Counted from the stretch's first letter, positions 20,401-29,411 are shown. The stretch: DNA of 41,614 nt from an uncultured Clostridia bacterium (GCA_947626235.1 CANQRI010000002.1:1-41614), one strand, 5' to 3'. Translations and numbers: made by a program. The notes: generated from the sequence alone by a model not told the origin.

Positions 20401-23400
20401 TACAGGATTTCCATTTATATCATCACCAAAATCAGTTTCCAAAGTCATAATTGCACCTATAATATATCCACCATCATTCGTTCCTGTTATTGAATATATC
20501 GTATCGCTACTTCCAGATCCTACTGCCTTCCCAAATAATGGTTTTCCATTTTTATCAAGTTTTACAATAATTCCATCATTATTGCCATTACTATTAATTT
20601 TTACACTGCCTATATATCCATCACTACCATTGCTACTCAATATTGTTAAACTATCACTTTCCATATATCCTGCTATCAAATAACCATCATCAGTTTCATC
20701 TACTTCATATATTTCTTCATCTCGTGAACCCCCAATATTTTTAGCCCACTCAACTTTGTCATTTTTTGCATATTTAACTACTATTCCATCTAAGTTTCCT
20801 GTGCTATATAGATATATCTCCTCTCCATATATATCTTCGCCTAAATAAATACTGTCGCGATCTCCAATTTTTCCTCCTATTAAATATCCTCCGTCTTTTG
20901 TTTTAATAATAGTATTTATACTATCATTATATGTTCCTCCTATTAGTTTATTGTTTTCTACGACATATTCATATGCATTTTCTGTTTCGATTTTTCCATA
21001 TTTTATTATTATACCATCATCATATGAACTATAGGTATTCGTTAATTCTATATCTCTGCCATTAATATCTTTACCTATATTTAATTGCCCTTTAAATTGT
21101 CCTGCTACTATTATTTTACCATCATCCGTTTCAATTATTCCTTGTAATGAATTGGTATTTGTACCTTCCAGTAATGTAGCATATTCTATTTCTCCTTGCA
21201 TATTATACTTAATTATTAAGCCATTTTCAGTATTACCTACACGATTAAATGTTATATTATTTCCATTTACATCTTCACCTAAATTTAGGCTTCCTGAACA
21301 ATACCCACATGCCAAATATCCCCCATCACTTGTTGTAACTACTGAATTTAATTTATCTTGAGAGGCTCCTCCTATTGCTTTTGCCCACTCTACTTCTCCT
21401 TTATTATTATATTTTATTATCATTCCATCTAAAAGTCCATTATTATTCAATTGTATACTCCATTCATCAGCATTATTTTCTAGAATAATATTCTCATCAT
21501 AGAAACTGCCAACCGCAATAATTCCACCATCCCTTGTTTCTGCTATCGAAGCAATTTCATTATCAGCATTACTATCTCTTGATGTTCCAATTTTTTTTGC
21601 CCATTCAATTGCTACACTTGTTTTTACGTCTACAGATTGGCCTATTCCAAAATAATATGTTTTATCACTTATATCATATTCATCTGGTGCTTCTAGCTCT
21701 ACTAATTTATATAGTCCTTCTCCTAAATCAGCTATTATTTCACCGCTTTCATCTGTCTTTAATACATAGTACTCTTTTCCATTTATTATTTCCTTTTCTC
21801 CTAGTATTTCTCCCTTGCTATTCCTTGCAGGTTCTTCTTTTTTATCTATGTTATATATTGCAAACTTTATGTTTTGCATTACTATACTAGTTTCTTTATC
21901 CTTTTTTATTAATTTAAATGACGGACTATCTTCTATTGTTAATTTTATTTTATCATCTACTACCTCATACTTTTTAGCAGTCTGATTTTTTTCTAATATT
22001 TCTTCAAATTGTATATTATTTCCTACTTTTTTAATAATAAAAGTTATATCTTTTACTTTTGTATATCCTGATGGTGCATATACTTCCTTTAATGTATAAA
22101 TTTCATTTATGTTTTTTTCTTCTTCTGATACATATAAATCTTCTATTTCCGCTTTTCCACTAGCATCTGTTTCATATGTTCCTATTTCTCTATTATCCTT
22201 GTATAATTTAAATTTAGCACCTTGTATATAATTTAAACTTGTTGGTGATATGACTTCTTTTGCTTGTATTTCACTTGTACTTAAAGTACTTTCAACTACT
22301 TTTTCTATTTTTGTTATTTCTAATTTAGCTCTTTGAACTTTTTCATTTTCTATAACAAAATTTATTATTGGTATTCCATCTTCATTTGTTGTTGGATTTA
22401 TTTTTACTAAATTTTGTTCTTCTCCTTGTAATATATTTGCATTATATTCATCACCGCTACGTGTTATTGTAAATTTTACTGGGTTTAGCAAATAATACCC
22501 CTCTGATTTTATCTCTTCTAAGGTGTATTCTCCTCCCACTTTTAATCCGGTTACCGTTGTATTTCCATTTGTATTAGTTGATATTATTTGTCCTGCTTCT
22601 GGTAATCCTGTTCCGGTTATCTTAAAATATACATTTGGTAATACTACTTCATCTTCTTGCGATTGTTTTTCAACTTTTTTAATATTTAAATTTACTTTTA
22701 CTTCATCTTCTAATGCTATGTCTACTTGATAATCATAATTAGGTAATTCCTGTATTTTTTTATCTTTTATTGTTCCTCCTAATTCTTGTATAGACAACTC
22801 TCCGTTTTCTTCTTTTACTTTAAATTTAACTTCTTCTCGGTTTAATTCATAGTTACTTGGAGATTTAATTTCTTTTAATATATACGTTTTCTCGACATAT
22901 AAGTTTCTTAACATAAACTTTCCGTTTTCCATTGTAACTTTTGTATTTTTTTCGTCTTTACCTTCTTCTTGTATGCTATATGTAGCACCTGGTACTACCT
23001 TTTGTGATTCTTTTTGATATTTTGTTATTTGCAAATTATATTTTTTTGCTACCATAAGTCCTAATTTATTAGGTTCTGTTTTCGTTCTATATTTTCCATT
23101 TTCCGTTTCTAAACTAAAATATACTGCATGATGAGTATAACTAATTTGATTATATGGAACTTCGTTTGGTATTTCAACTTCATAAGTCATTTGATATGTT
23201 TCTTCTCTTTCTAATGACTTACTTTGTAAATCTATTAAAAAGCTTTTTACATTTTTAAAATTTATGTCTTCTGTACTAGGATCTTTCCATTGACTCTCTT
23301 TATCATCTAATTCTTTTTTTACATTTTCAGATTCAGAATAATATACTTTAGCAATTCCTTGTAATTCTTGTGGTAATATTATTCCTTTATCTGACATAGT

Positions 23401-26085
23401 AGCATTAAATTCTGAATTCATGTTACTTCCATTTATTACATACTTATTTCCTATATATGGTACTTTTCCAAGTATTTTTACCTCGCTTATTGTTTTTGCA
23501 TAATTACTTGTTATTTCTATTGTCATTGTTGCTTTTGATTTTTCTCTATCTACTAACGCAATTTGTGGAGCTATAGCTTCACTTTCTTTTTTATCATATT
23601 GACTTGCTAATTGAGTTGTTAATAATGAATTCGGTGATACTAAGTTTAATGATGTTGTTCTTTTATTGACTTGCTCTCCTGTATTAAGATTATTATTTAC
23701 ATCATATATATCCTCTGATGAATAATAATAGTTTGAGCTATTCTCATTATGCGCATATAATTCTATTGTTTCTGTTTTCGTTGGAATTCTTGGGTTTGGT
23801 GTTATATCACAATTTATTATAATATTATACGTTGATTCTATTGTATTTTCTGTGTCTACTCTTATAAATAATTCTCCATTTTCTTCATATTTTTCATAAT
23901 TTATTATATTAACATCTTCATTATCTATATTTACGCTGTTTAATTTTATGTCTATTATGTCTTTGGGCAATTTTATTAAAAATGAACCATTAATCCATTC
24001 TTCTTCATTAGATTCTTTTCTTGCATCTATTTCTATTCTTATATTATAATTATTTTCTGTTTCTTGTGTAGATATTGTACTTTTATCTACCCTTATATAT
24101 GCTACAGAAGTAGGGGCTTCATAGTACGCAAACTTTGTGTCTGTGTTTATATAAGTATTTTCTAAATACCCTGTCAATGTACTTTGTATTTTTATTAAAT
24201 TGTCAAATCCTTCTCTATCATACTTATTTGTTATTATATCATCATATATTTCTTTTATATTATATACACATATTGAACTACTTATATTAGTTGCAGTAGT
24301 TTCCACTCTTATATGTTTTACCGGCACTTCGTACATATATGGATTTGACTGTTTATATATATTCCAATTATTCTTGTTAAATGTTACTAATAATTGGTCC
24401 GTTTCGTCATCATATACATTTATTTCTCCATCCTCTCCTAGCATATTTGTTGGATCACTAAAGTATATTCCCACAAAACTTGATACTTCCTCCATTCCTT
24501 CTTTTTCATTATTTTTCTTTAAAAACTGATCTGATACGTACACTTCTTCTAAATCTTTAGTTTCTTTCATTATTATTCCCTTAGATTCACCTTGTGTTCC
24601 AGTATACGCATGCCACTCCACCGGATAATAATCGCCTTCCTCTTCTTCTGAAATTTCGTTATATATTTTTAATGGCTTCTGCTTTGATACCACACGTCTA
24701 CTCGTTGGCCAGTACATATATTTACCTACATACACATCAAACCTTGCTTTTTCACCTTCTGGCTTTTTAAATGTTATTACAAATACATCCTCCGCTATGT
24801 TTGATATATGTGGATTTTCAAATTCTTTGTTTTTATTGTTATATCCTTCATAATATGCCCTTACTGGTAATCTATATTCTATTGTATCTTGTCCCAAATT
24901 TTCATAAGCTTCTAATTCATATGTTATTTTTAATTTATACTTATTATATCTTCTCTCTTTTGTATCTATTCCTGTATATGCTACTGTTTTTACTTCTTTT
25001 TCGTTCTCGTCTAGTATAGCCTCTCTTTGTGCTGTAAATTTTCTTGTTTCCTTTTCATATGTATATTCTACATTTGTTCCTGTTATTTCTACCTTTTTAG
25101 GATCATATCCATTTAATTGTGGTATTGTTCCTTCTACATATGATTTACTTATGATAAGTTGATTCTTTGTTTCTTCAATCCCTATATTAAATTCTAAATT
25201 AATTTCATTGTTTTCTTTGTCTATTGCCTTTTCTATATTTGAATTTTGTCTTATATTTTTCTCACTATTTATATATTGTGGTATCTCTGCTTTTGTTTCT
25301 CCATACCAATCTACATTAAATTTTACTGTTTTTTCTATTGGTACTTCTGTTGTCTCTCCATTTTCATCATATCTTACATGTATTCCTCTAAATGTTATTG
25401 TGTTCTCTTGACTATAGTTTTCTATATTATTTTCTATGGCTTCTCTTATATCAGATTCATATTTATAATCTCCACTTTTTACAATTCCTGTTAATAATTT
25501 CTGTACTCCATTCGTTCCATCTCCTATTTGATTTAATTCTATCTTTCCTATATTATTTCCTATATAATTTTCTTTTACTTCTTTATCTTTTACTATTGCT
25601 GTATCAAAGTAAAAATTTCTATTATCATTTATGGTTATAGTTGCTCCTTCTTTTATATAGCCATTAGTAAGTAATTTTAATTCCATATATAAAGTATCTT
25701 CTTTTCCTACTTCTCTACATGTTCCACGCACACTTTCTGCATAACCATCTTTATCTAAGTCTCTTAAAAAGAATGCATCGAATTGTACATATGGATAAAC
25801 TCCGTCTTCATATTCTGGATATGCATCTTGGTCTATCTTTATTTTTTCCTCACCATCTTGTACTTGTGGATATTCCATTGCTCTTGCAAGTTCTGGGTCG
25901 ATGTTATTTTTCCCTACAGTTTGAGGTTTGCTAAATATTGTTCCATATATTGCACCTATTAATATTGCAATTACAACTATTAACAATGCTAACCTTATTA
26001 CTAATTTTTGAATTATGTTTAAATTAGTTTTTTGCCTCCTTTGCACTTTTTTGTCCTCTACATTCATTTTACTTTCTTCTTTCAT
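14464..26085 (-). CDS. giant (3873 aa) surface/adhesin-like protein: N-terminal TM, Ig-like scaffold, SpaA-like isopeptide domains, beta-propeller repeats, 4 beta-sandwich repeats, MucBP-like, DUF11-like, incomplete CnaB
   Basis: GGGGGT RBS; TM LALLIVVIAILIGAIYG; E..AP.GY SpaA motifs; repeated WAK.IGG...D....T.DGG.I..G blades; IVHHY...YYY MucBP-like units; VTKTW...NNWTHIFTDLPKYD...YTVEE CnaB. Confidence 0.9.
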   Translation of the reverse strand: MKEESKMNVEDKKVQRRQKTNLNIIQKLVIRLALLIVVIAILIGAIYGTIFSKPQTVGKNNIDPELARAMEYPQVQDGEEKIKIDQDAYPEYEDGVYPYVQFDAFFLRDLDKDGYAESVRGTCREVGKEDTLYMELKLLTNGYIKEGATITINDNRNFYFDTAIVKDKEVKENYIGNNIGKIELNQIGDGTNGVQKLLTGIVKSGDYKYESDIREAIENNIENYSQENTITFRGIHVRYDENGETTEVPIEKTVKFNVDWYGETKAEIPQYINSEKNIRQNSNIEKAIDKENNEINLEFNIGIEETKNQLIISKSYVEGTIPQLNGYDPKKVEITGTNVEYTYEKETRKFTAQREAILDENEKEVKTVAYTGIDTKERRYNKYKLKITYELEAYENLGQDTIEYRLPVRAYYEGYNNKNKEFENPHISNIAEDVFVITFKKPEGEKARFDVYVGKYMYWPTSRRVVSKQKPLKIYNEISEEEEGDYYPVEWHAYTGTQGESKGIIMKETKDLEEVYVSDQFLKKNNEKEGMEEVSSFVGIYFSDPTNMLGEDGEINVYDDETDQLLVTFNKNNWNIYKQSNPYMYEVPVKHIRVETTATNISSSICVYNIKEIYDDIITNKYDREGFDNLIKIQSTLTGYLENTYINTDTKFAYYEAPTSVAYIRVDKSTISTQETENNYNIRIEIDARKESNEEEWINGSFLIKLPKDIIDIKLNSVNIDNEDVNIINYEKYEENGELFIRVDTENTIESTYNIIINCDITPNPRIPTKTETIELYAHNENSSNYYYSSEDIYDVNNNLNTGEQVNKRTTSLNLVSPNSLLTTQLASQYDKKESEAIAPQIALVDREKSKATMTIEITSNYAKTISEVKILGKVPYIGNKYVINGSNMNSEFNATMSDKGIILPQELQGIAKVYYSESENVKKELDDKESQWKDPSTEDINFKNVKSFLIDLQSKSLEREETYQMTYEVEIPNEVPYNQISYTHHAVYFSLETENGKYRTKTEPNKLGLMVAKKYNLQITKYQKESQKVVPGATYSIQEEGKDEKNTKVTMENGKFMLRNLYVEKTYILKEIKSPSNYELNREEVKFKVKEENGELSIQELGGTIKDKKIQELPNYDYQVDIALEDEVKVNLNIKKVEKQSQEDEVVLPNVYFKITGTGLPEAGQIISTNTNGNTTVTGLKVGGEYTLEEIKSEGYYLLNPVKFTITRSGDEYNANILQGEEQNLVKINPTTNEDGIPIINFVIENEKVQRAKLEITKIEKVVESTLSTSEIQAKEVISPTSLNYIQGAKFKLYKDNREIGTYETDASGKAEIEDLYVSEEEKNINEIYTLKEVYAPSGYTKVKDITFIIKKVGNNIQFEEILEKNQTAKKYEVVDDKIKLTIEDSPSFKLIKKDKETSIVMQNIKFAIYNIDKKEEPARNSKGEILGEKEIINGKEYYVLKTDESGEIIADLGEGLYKLVELEAPDEYDISDKTYYFGIGQSVDVKTSVAIEWAKKIGTSRDSNADNEIASIAETRDGGIIAVGSFYDENIILENNADEWSIQLNNNGLLDGMIIKYNNKGEVEWAKAIGGASQDKLNSVVTTSDGGYLACGYCSGSLNLGEDVNGNNITFNRVGNTENGLIIKYNMQGEIEYATLLEGTNTNSLQGIIETDDGKIIVAGQFKGQLNIGKDINGRDIELTNTYSSYDDGIIIKYGKIETENAYEYVVENNKLIGGTYNDSINTIIKTKDGGYLIGGKIGDRDSIYLGEDIYGEEIYLYSTGNLDGIVVKYAKNDKVEWAKNIGGSRDEEIYEVDETDDGYLIAGYMESDSLTILSSNGSDGYIGSVKINSNGNNDGIIVKLDKNGKPLFGKAVGSGSSDTIYSITGTNDGGYIIGAIMTLETDFGDDINGNPVLLQDECIIKFNEKNELEWGIQIGTDGLKGIKALKQLSDESYIMAGGIRGEAYLGQSVYGGGIGIPREESTENYALIVKYVKAQLPEVTTTYAARIGENGDDQLTKALSTKDGGSIAIGNFNSSNISLGQNTELNNNGNYDGMVIKYNAKQEIEWAKVLGGTGTEKLYSIEEMDDGYIIVGSFRSNTIDLGENINNEDIILRNNGSLDGMIIKYNENGELVWATTIGNNGNDCLNTVKITDNNEILVAGYFQENINLDPNTKINSNGDTDGIIIKYDDKGEYKWSKIIGGLGADYITSMTTTKDGGIVVIGSSSGNIYLGKDENGDNIEIGNKRANFVIKISKDSEVQWLKDINVNMTSITEISDGGYVIGGYYNSDVNLGKDINGNEVIVDKLYSAYTVSDAIVIKYNEEGKLEWARPINSYMDEEVLSVAQTSDGGFVATGYSAGTVINIGLMNIEKAFGNGLSDGIIVKYDENGKIEWTKQISGRGGDDVICSVDETEDGEYLLAGYFDSLKIEMSSDINYTNRGKKDAMIFKVDAKVGIEEMQELTIQNEIKEFDITTDIEEINGQKGGSISGEDMHPYERVKYGETTDKTITITPKKGYEITKITKNGVSIQFEKQDDGSYTFPPFSDVKENIHIVASFAQINTKFLISKKDNDGKTPLAGAKFKIEQIGKVSLTDGVIGNIESNAKEYTVADEENDITTEVIADMNIKDNGDDFIVPDMQEEIQGLLGEISNNGEIYEQVNWEKEIKGALKEEQKKDDPQYYFVRNEEGIYEPTNGRTYGSNRLGIPNSTAHSYFPIDLSSYDGKAVVVINARISNDYGDYAYAIITNNTDEPSTSESGKFMEITGWKQDENYISAVLDGNNTYYLHLLYKKNQSSDDSADAVLINSMKLYEVISGKYFFEVNNNVYESNNKDQIKTVANSCIPIDLRDKEETENIAVVVNAQISGSSSNYGYATIKVNDTTPPQYSDSDGRFIYVYGEKEAQNYKTILQGGSLYYLHLGYRNQYDSTTSENVFRINSIKTYKTKVATYNFTTEEITDSDSEDGLKRKRYVSTNQGEAGTVSNSYIPINIKTDGQVVLRVNAEISSENYDYGYVTVTNTKDRVKYNENTSKRFVYISGERKAQDYEIILDGNSEYYLHFGYYKNENTDAGTDQFIINSINVYKAIVERYDFETKNMTDEDMNTTKKYVSTNAGRASTVSYSYIPINLQGYTGNYRLIVNAEISSDENDMGYATISDKTDRVGTYQYSDKRFIYISGEKEAKDYSIVLEGNKQYYLHLGYYKNSQKNEGKDQFIINNIELVDNDLYKTEVITDNLGQAFADLPITPTAKYVITEIEAPEGYELSTETHSYTMLEGAENKLELTNNKKPVLIVHHYEKGTDKEGMQLVKVAEDEKYIGKTGEEYETKPKTNLERYELAKKEEVSGEEMQDYDIPLNAKGTYEPGVEEVVVTYYYTKRPIPLIVHHYIEGTTNKVLNKNGEEISDIVTSGNEGTGYTTQVISNEELDEKYEALEAPENATGNYEYPKVEVTYEYRVKTYEITTKVQTHMEEDENAKEPTLIEVKGGSILGEGERPYETVEYGESNKREITITPEQDYQVKTIKINERILEENEYTKDEQGNITLNTIDNIKQNQEVVVEFEKAEAEVVVHHYIYDKFDEEYTQTKVHSSSGAEIEDVNMKGKAGDLYGTEVAIDLQPGYKLFEEPSNSSGIMKKGLTEVNYYYATDNAYIESNITKEGTQIITSKEEEVHYKIKYTAQINNYEGNAKVTITDTLPYNLDQDAMKKIKGVNSSENDWIEKLLNGGKYDDETREITWTETVPNINTFTDNTPRTIEIEKNITVIFNGISTAQTSTEFTNTVKGKIELNTTEQTEETEEVPYTTTAKFVKNIKVTKTWEHGNNTTERPTAIKIYVRKVKAGQAQQEEPIAQCELNSKNNWTHIFTDLPKYDAETGEEIEYTVEEQAIEGESLDYYKRVI

Positions 26086-26195
26086 TTGCTTTTACCCCCA
26101 TAAAAGATAATATATTTATACTTTATTTTTGCATATATTTATATTACTTGTAAATGGCTTTTTTCGGCATTTTGTGGCATTTTTTGAGCTTTTAT

Positions 26196-26220
26196 TTACG
26201 GAAATACACTTCGTGTGAAA
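26196..26220. repeat. partial third copy of TTACGGAAATA motif
   Basis: TTACGGAAATA-N9-TGAAA, same spacing as at 12795-12819. Confidence 0.45.
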
Positions 26221-26286
26221 TTTTACATTTACATATCTTTTTTATCCTGTATTTGTAATATTTAGGGTTATATTTTGGGGTGAAAA

Positions 26287-26317
26287 ATAAAAATAACCTT
26301 ACGGAAATAACATTTTG
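26287..26317. repeat. direct repeat copy 2 (TAACCTTACGGAAATA core)
   Basis: ATAAAAATAACCTTACGGAAATAACATTTTG, 3 mismatches to 12783-12813. Confidence 0.65.
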
Positions 26318-26331
26318 AGTTCACTACATAA

Positions 26332-26405
26332 AGGGACGGACATTGATACTCTTCTTTTGAGTATCAACGTCCGTCCCTAAATTTCGGAATTTTAGAACCG
26401 TCCCC
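26332..26405 (-). repeat. REP-like element family A, copy 2 (core plus 20-bp hairpin), 4 nt after ddl stop
   Basis: GGGGACGGTTCTAAAATTCCGAAATTTAGGGACGGACGTTGATACTC-loop-GAGTATCAATGTCCGTCCCT on minus strand. Confidence 0.9.
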
Positions 26406-26409
26406 AAAA

Positions 26410-27453
26410 TTAACCAATTAGCGTATCTAATAATTCTTGATAGCTTAAGCCTATATTTTCAAATAATTTTGGGTACATACTTATGTTAGTAAAGCCTGGC
26501 ATTGTATTTATTTCATTTATCATTATTTTGTTAGTTCCATCTTCTATAAAGAAGTCTACTCTTGATATTCCTTTTCCATCTACTGCTTTAAAGGCTTTCT
26601 TAGCTTGGGTTCGTATTTGTTCTGCTAAAGTTTGATCTATATTGGCTGGTATTTGTGTTTTTGAATTTTCGTTTTTATATTTTGAGTCAAAACTATAGAA
26701 TTCTTCTGCTGATTTTATTTCTCCTACGCATGATACTTCTATTTTGCCATTATGTTCTAATACTGCGCATTCAACTTCCTTTCCGTTTACTCCTTGCTCT
26801 ATTAATATTTTTTCATCATATTGTTTAGCTAAATTTATGGCTTGTTTTAATTCTTCTGCATTATTTGCTTTATTTACTCCTACAGATGAGCCTGAATTTG
26901 ATGGTTTTACGAACATTGGATATTTTAGTTTTTGCTCTGCAGTTTTTACTACTTCATCTTCTGTTTGCTCTATTGTATTTAATTCATCATCTATGTATGT
27001 GTAATTTCCGTTTGTATATTTTAAGTATATGTATTTCGTTTGATTTAACTTTGCCTTGTCAAATATCATTTTTGTGTATGCTTTATCCATTGAAATGCTA
27101 GAAGATAATACTTTACAGCCAACATATGGAACTTTTATTAATTCAAATAAGCCTTGTATTGTTCCATCTTCTCCATATGAACCATGAAGTACTGGAAATA
27201 CACATTCCATCTTTTTCAAATATTCTAGTGGATTTTCTATTTTTTTGCTATTTGATATTTCATCTCCTATTTTTATATTTTCTAAGTCATCTTTGTCTAC
27301 TTGATATTCATACCAATTTCCTTTTTTATCGATGTATATCGGATATACATCATATTTGTCCTTGTTTAAATTTTTTAATATGGACATTCCTGATACTACT
27401 GAAACATCATGTTCTGTTGACATTCCTCCAAAAACAACTGCTACTTTTTTCAT
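26410..27453 (-). CDS. ddl: D-alanine--D-alanine ligase
   Basis: GGMSTEHDVS, LHGSYGEDGTIQG, KPSNSGSSVG, EINTMPGFT..SMYP motifs. Confidence 0.97.
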   Translation of the reverse strand: MKKVAVVFGGMSTEHDVSVVSGMSILKNLNKDKYDVYPIYIDKKGNWYEYQVDKDDLENIKIGDEISNSKKIENPLEYLKKMECVFPVLHGSYGEDGTIQGLFELIKVPYVGCKVLSSSISMDKAYTKMIFDKAKLNQTKYIYLKYTNGNYTYIDDELNTIEQTEDEVVKTAEQKLKYPMFVKPSNSGSSVGVNKANNAEELKQAINLAKQYDEKILIEQGVNGKEVECAVLEHNGKIEVSCVGEIKSAEEFYSFDSKYKNENSKTQIPANIDQTLAEQIRTQAKKAFKAVDGKGISRVDFFIEDGTNKIMINEINTMPGFTNISMYPKLFENIGLSYQELLDTLIG

Positions 27454-27585
27454 TTTACGCCATTTCCTTTCATTTCGCTAATACTTTTAAATTAATTTAT
27501 TTAAATTAATTTGCTTTTATTTTTTTGTTTAGCTATTTCTTTGGCTTTTGTACATTTTAATTTGCTATTTTAAGGTTACTGTTTT

Positions 27586-29070
27586 TTACATATTGGTAAT
27601 TGCATTAACTATTTCATTAAAATGCATACTATTTGATGCTTTTACTAAAATACAATCTCCCTGCTTTATTTCTTGCTTTAATTTTTGTATTGCTTCTTCG
27701 TTTTTGTCATACTGTATTGTTTCTATAACATTTGATTGTGCTTTAGTTTTTTCTGCTTGTGCTTTTATGTTATTTTCCTTTACTACTTTTACTATATTTT
27801 TTGCTTCTTCCCCTACTGTAATTAGTATATCTATTTTATTTTTTACAATTTCTTCTCCTACTTTTTCGTGTAATTGTTTTGAATATTCTCCTAATTCTAA
27901 CATATCCCCTAATACTGCTATTTTTCTTTTTTCTTGCCTACTTGATAAATATTCAATAGCTGCTTTTACAGAATCATAGTTTGCATTATATGTATCATTT
28001 ATTATTGTTATTCCATTTTTATTTATTATATTCATTCTGTTTTGAGTAAGTTCAAATGTTTTTATTCCTTGTGCTATCTCATTTATTTCTACCCCTAATA
28101 TTCTTCCTATTGCTATTGCGCATAAACTGTTTAGTATAAAATGGTTTCCAGCAACAGGTACTTCTATTTCTTGTAGTTTTTTATTTGTTTGTTCGTTTGC
28201 TTCCTTACAAGTATTCTTTATTTTTTTGTTGATATTATTTGACTTCTCTACTAATGTATATTTACTTCCATTTTCATTTGATATAATATCTTTAGCCATA
28301 TAGTCACTTTCATTTTCTATTCCGAATGTTATTATATTATATAAGTTTTTGTTTTCTTGTTGCCATTTATGTAAAATGTCGTTATCATTATTTATTACTA
28401 CTATTTTTTCTTCTGGCATTCCTTCTAGTATTTCTAATTTTGCTTTTAATATATTTTCCCTTGAACCTAAATTTCCTATATGTGCTGTGCCTATATTATT
28501 AATTGCTACTATTGTAGGTTTGGCTATATTTGTAAGTTCTCTCATTTCTCCGGCATGACTCATTCCCATTTCTAATACAAGTGCTTCTTCATCTTCTAAT
28601 TTTAAAATTGTAAGTGGAACTCCTAATTGACCATTTTTGTTTCCCTCTGTTTTTAAAGTATTATATTTTTGTGCTACTACGCTTGCCACCATATCTTTTG
28701 TACTTGTTTTGCCTACACTACCGGTTATGCCTATTACTGGAATGTTGTAAGCTTTCCTTTTAAATATTGCCATTTGCTTTATTGCTTTTACTGTATCTTC
28801 TACTTCTATTATTATCTTATCTTTGTATTTTCTTTTTTGTTCTTCACTTATTTCTACATCTTGTATAATACAACCCTTTGCACCTTTTTCAAATGCTTCT
28901 TCAAAGAAAATACCTCCGTTTACATTTTCTCCTAACATTCCTACAAAAATTTCTCCTGGCTTTACTTGCCTTGTATCAATATTATAATTTTTGCATGTTG
29001 CTTCTAAATCTCCTGTTACTAGTTTTCCTTTCGTTACCTGTATAATATCTTTTACTTTTAATTCTTGCAT
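27586..29070 (-). CDS. murF: UDP-N-acetylmuramoyl-tripeptide--D-alanyl-D-alanine ligase
   Basis: ITGSVGKTSTK, LEMGMSHAGE, INDTYNAN, LGDMLELG, LVKAS motifs. Confidence 0.96.
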   Translation of the reverse strand: MQELKVKDIIQVTKGKLVTGDLEATCKNYNIDTRQVKPGEIFVGMLGENVNGGIFFEEAFEKGAKGCIIQDVEISEEQKRKYKDKIIIEVEDTVKAIKQMAIFKRKAYNIPVIGITGSVGKTSTKDMVASVVAQKYNTLKTEGNKNGQLGVPLTILKLEDEEALVLEMGMSHAGEMRELTNIAKPTIVAINNIGTAHIGNLGSRENILKAKLEILEGMPEEKIVVINNDNDILHKWQQENKNLYNIITFGIENESDYMAKDIISNENGSKYTLVEKSNNINKKIKNTCKEANEQTNKKLQEIEVPVAGNHFILNSLCAIAIGRILGVEINEIAQGIKTFELTQNRMNIINKNGITIINDTYNANYDSVKAAIEYLSSRQEKRKIAVLGDMLELGEYSKQLHEKVGEEIVKNKIDILITVGEEAKNIVKVVKENNIKAQAEKTKAQSNVIETIQYDKNEEAIQKLKQEIKQGDCILVKASNSMHFNEIVNAITNM

Positions 29071-29127
29071 AGTAAATCTCCTCTTATTTATTCTATTTTA
29101 AATTTTCTTTTTTGTGACTTGTGTATT

Positions 29128-29156
29128 ATTATATTGCATTTTTCGTGTTTTTGCAA
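29128..29156 (-). promoter_or_regulatory. sigA-type promoter for murF-ddl
   Basis: TTGCAA-17 nt-TATAAT. Confidence 0.6.
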
Positions 29157-29197
29157 CTATGCTCATTTTTAGTTTTCATACCCCCTTCATATCGGGG

Positions 29198-29226
29198 TTG
29201 ATTTTTTTATGTAAATATAGTATAAT
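29198..29226 (+). promoter_or_regulatory. divergent sigA-type promoter for the 29412 gene
   Basis: TTGATT-17 nt-TATAAT. Confidence 0.55.
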
Positions 29227-29411
29227 GTTGTTATTCTTAAGCGAGTCGCTTATTTTTATATGTATCTTTCGTATTTCTGTAAACTATTTTTTAATAAATT
29301 TATGGGGGGTACATTTTATGAATGGAAAACTTTATATTACTTAGTGTTACATGTTATTAGTTACTATGGAGAAGGATTTAAATTACTTAATCGCAAACAA
29401 AGGAGGTACTT

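Noticed and set aside
14464-26085. Diversity-generating retroelement or shufflon acting on the giant gene
   Set aside because: No reverse transcriptase or invertase in the window, and I saw no near-identical template/variable pair differing only at adenines; internal repeats are diverged. A self dot-plot would settle it.
26410-27453. Van-type D-Ala-D-Lac ligase
   Set aside because: Sits in a murF-ddl housekeeping context with no vanH/X/R/S; the omega-loop region (FYSFDSKY) gives no clear VanA-type signal.
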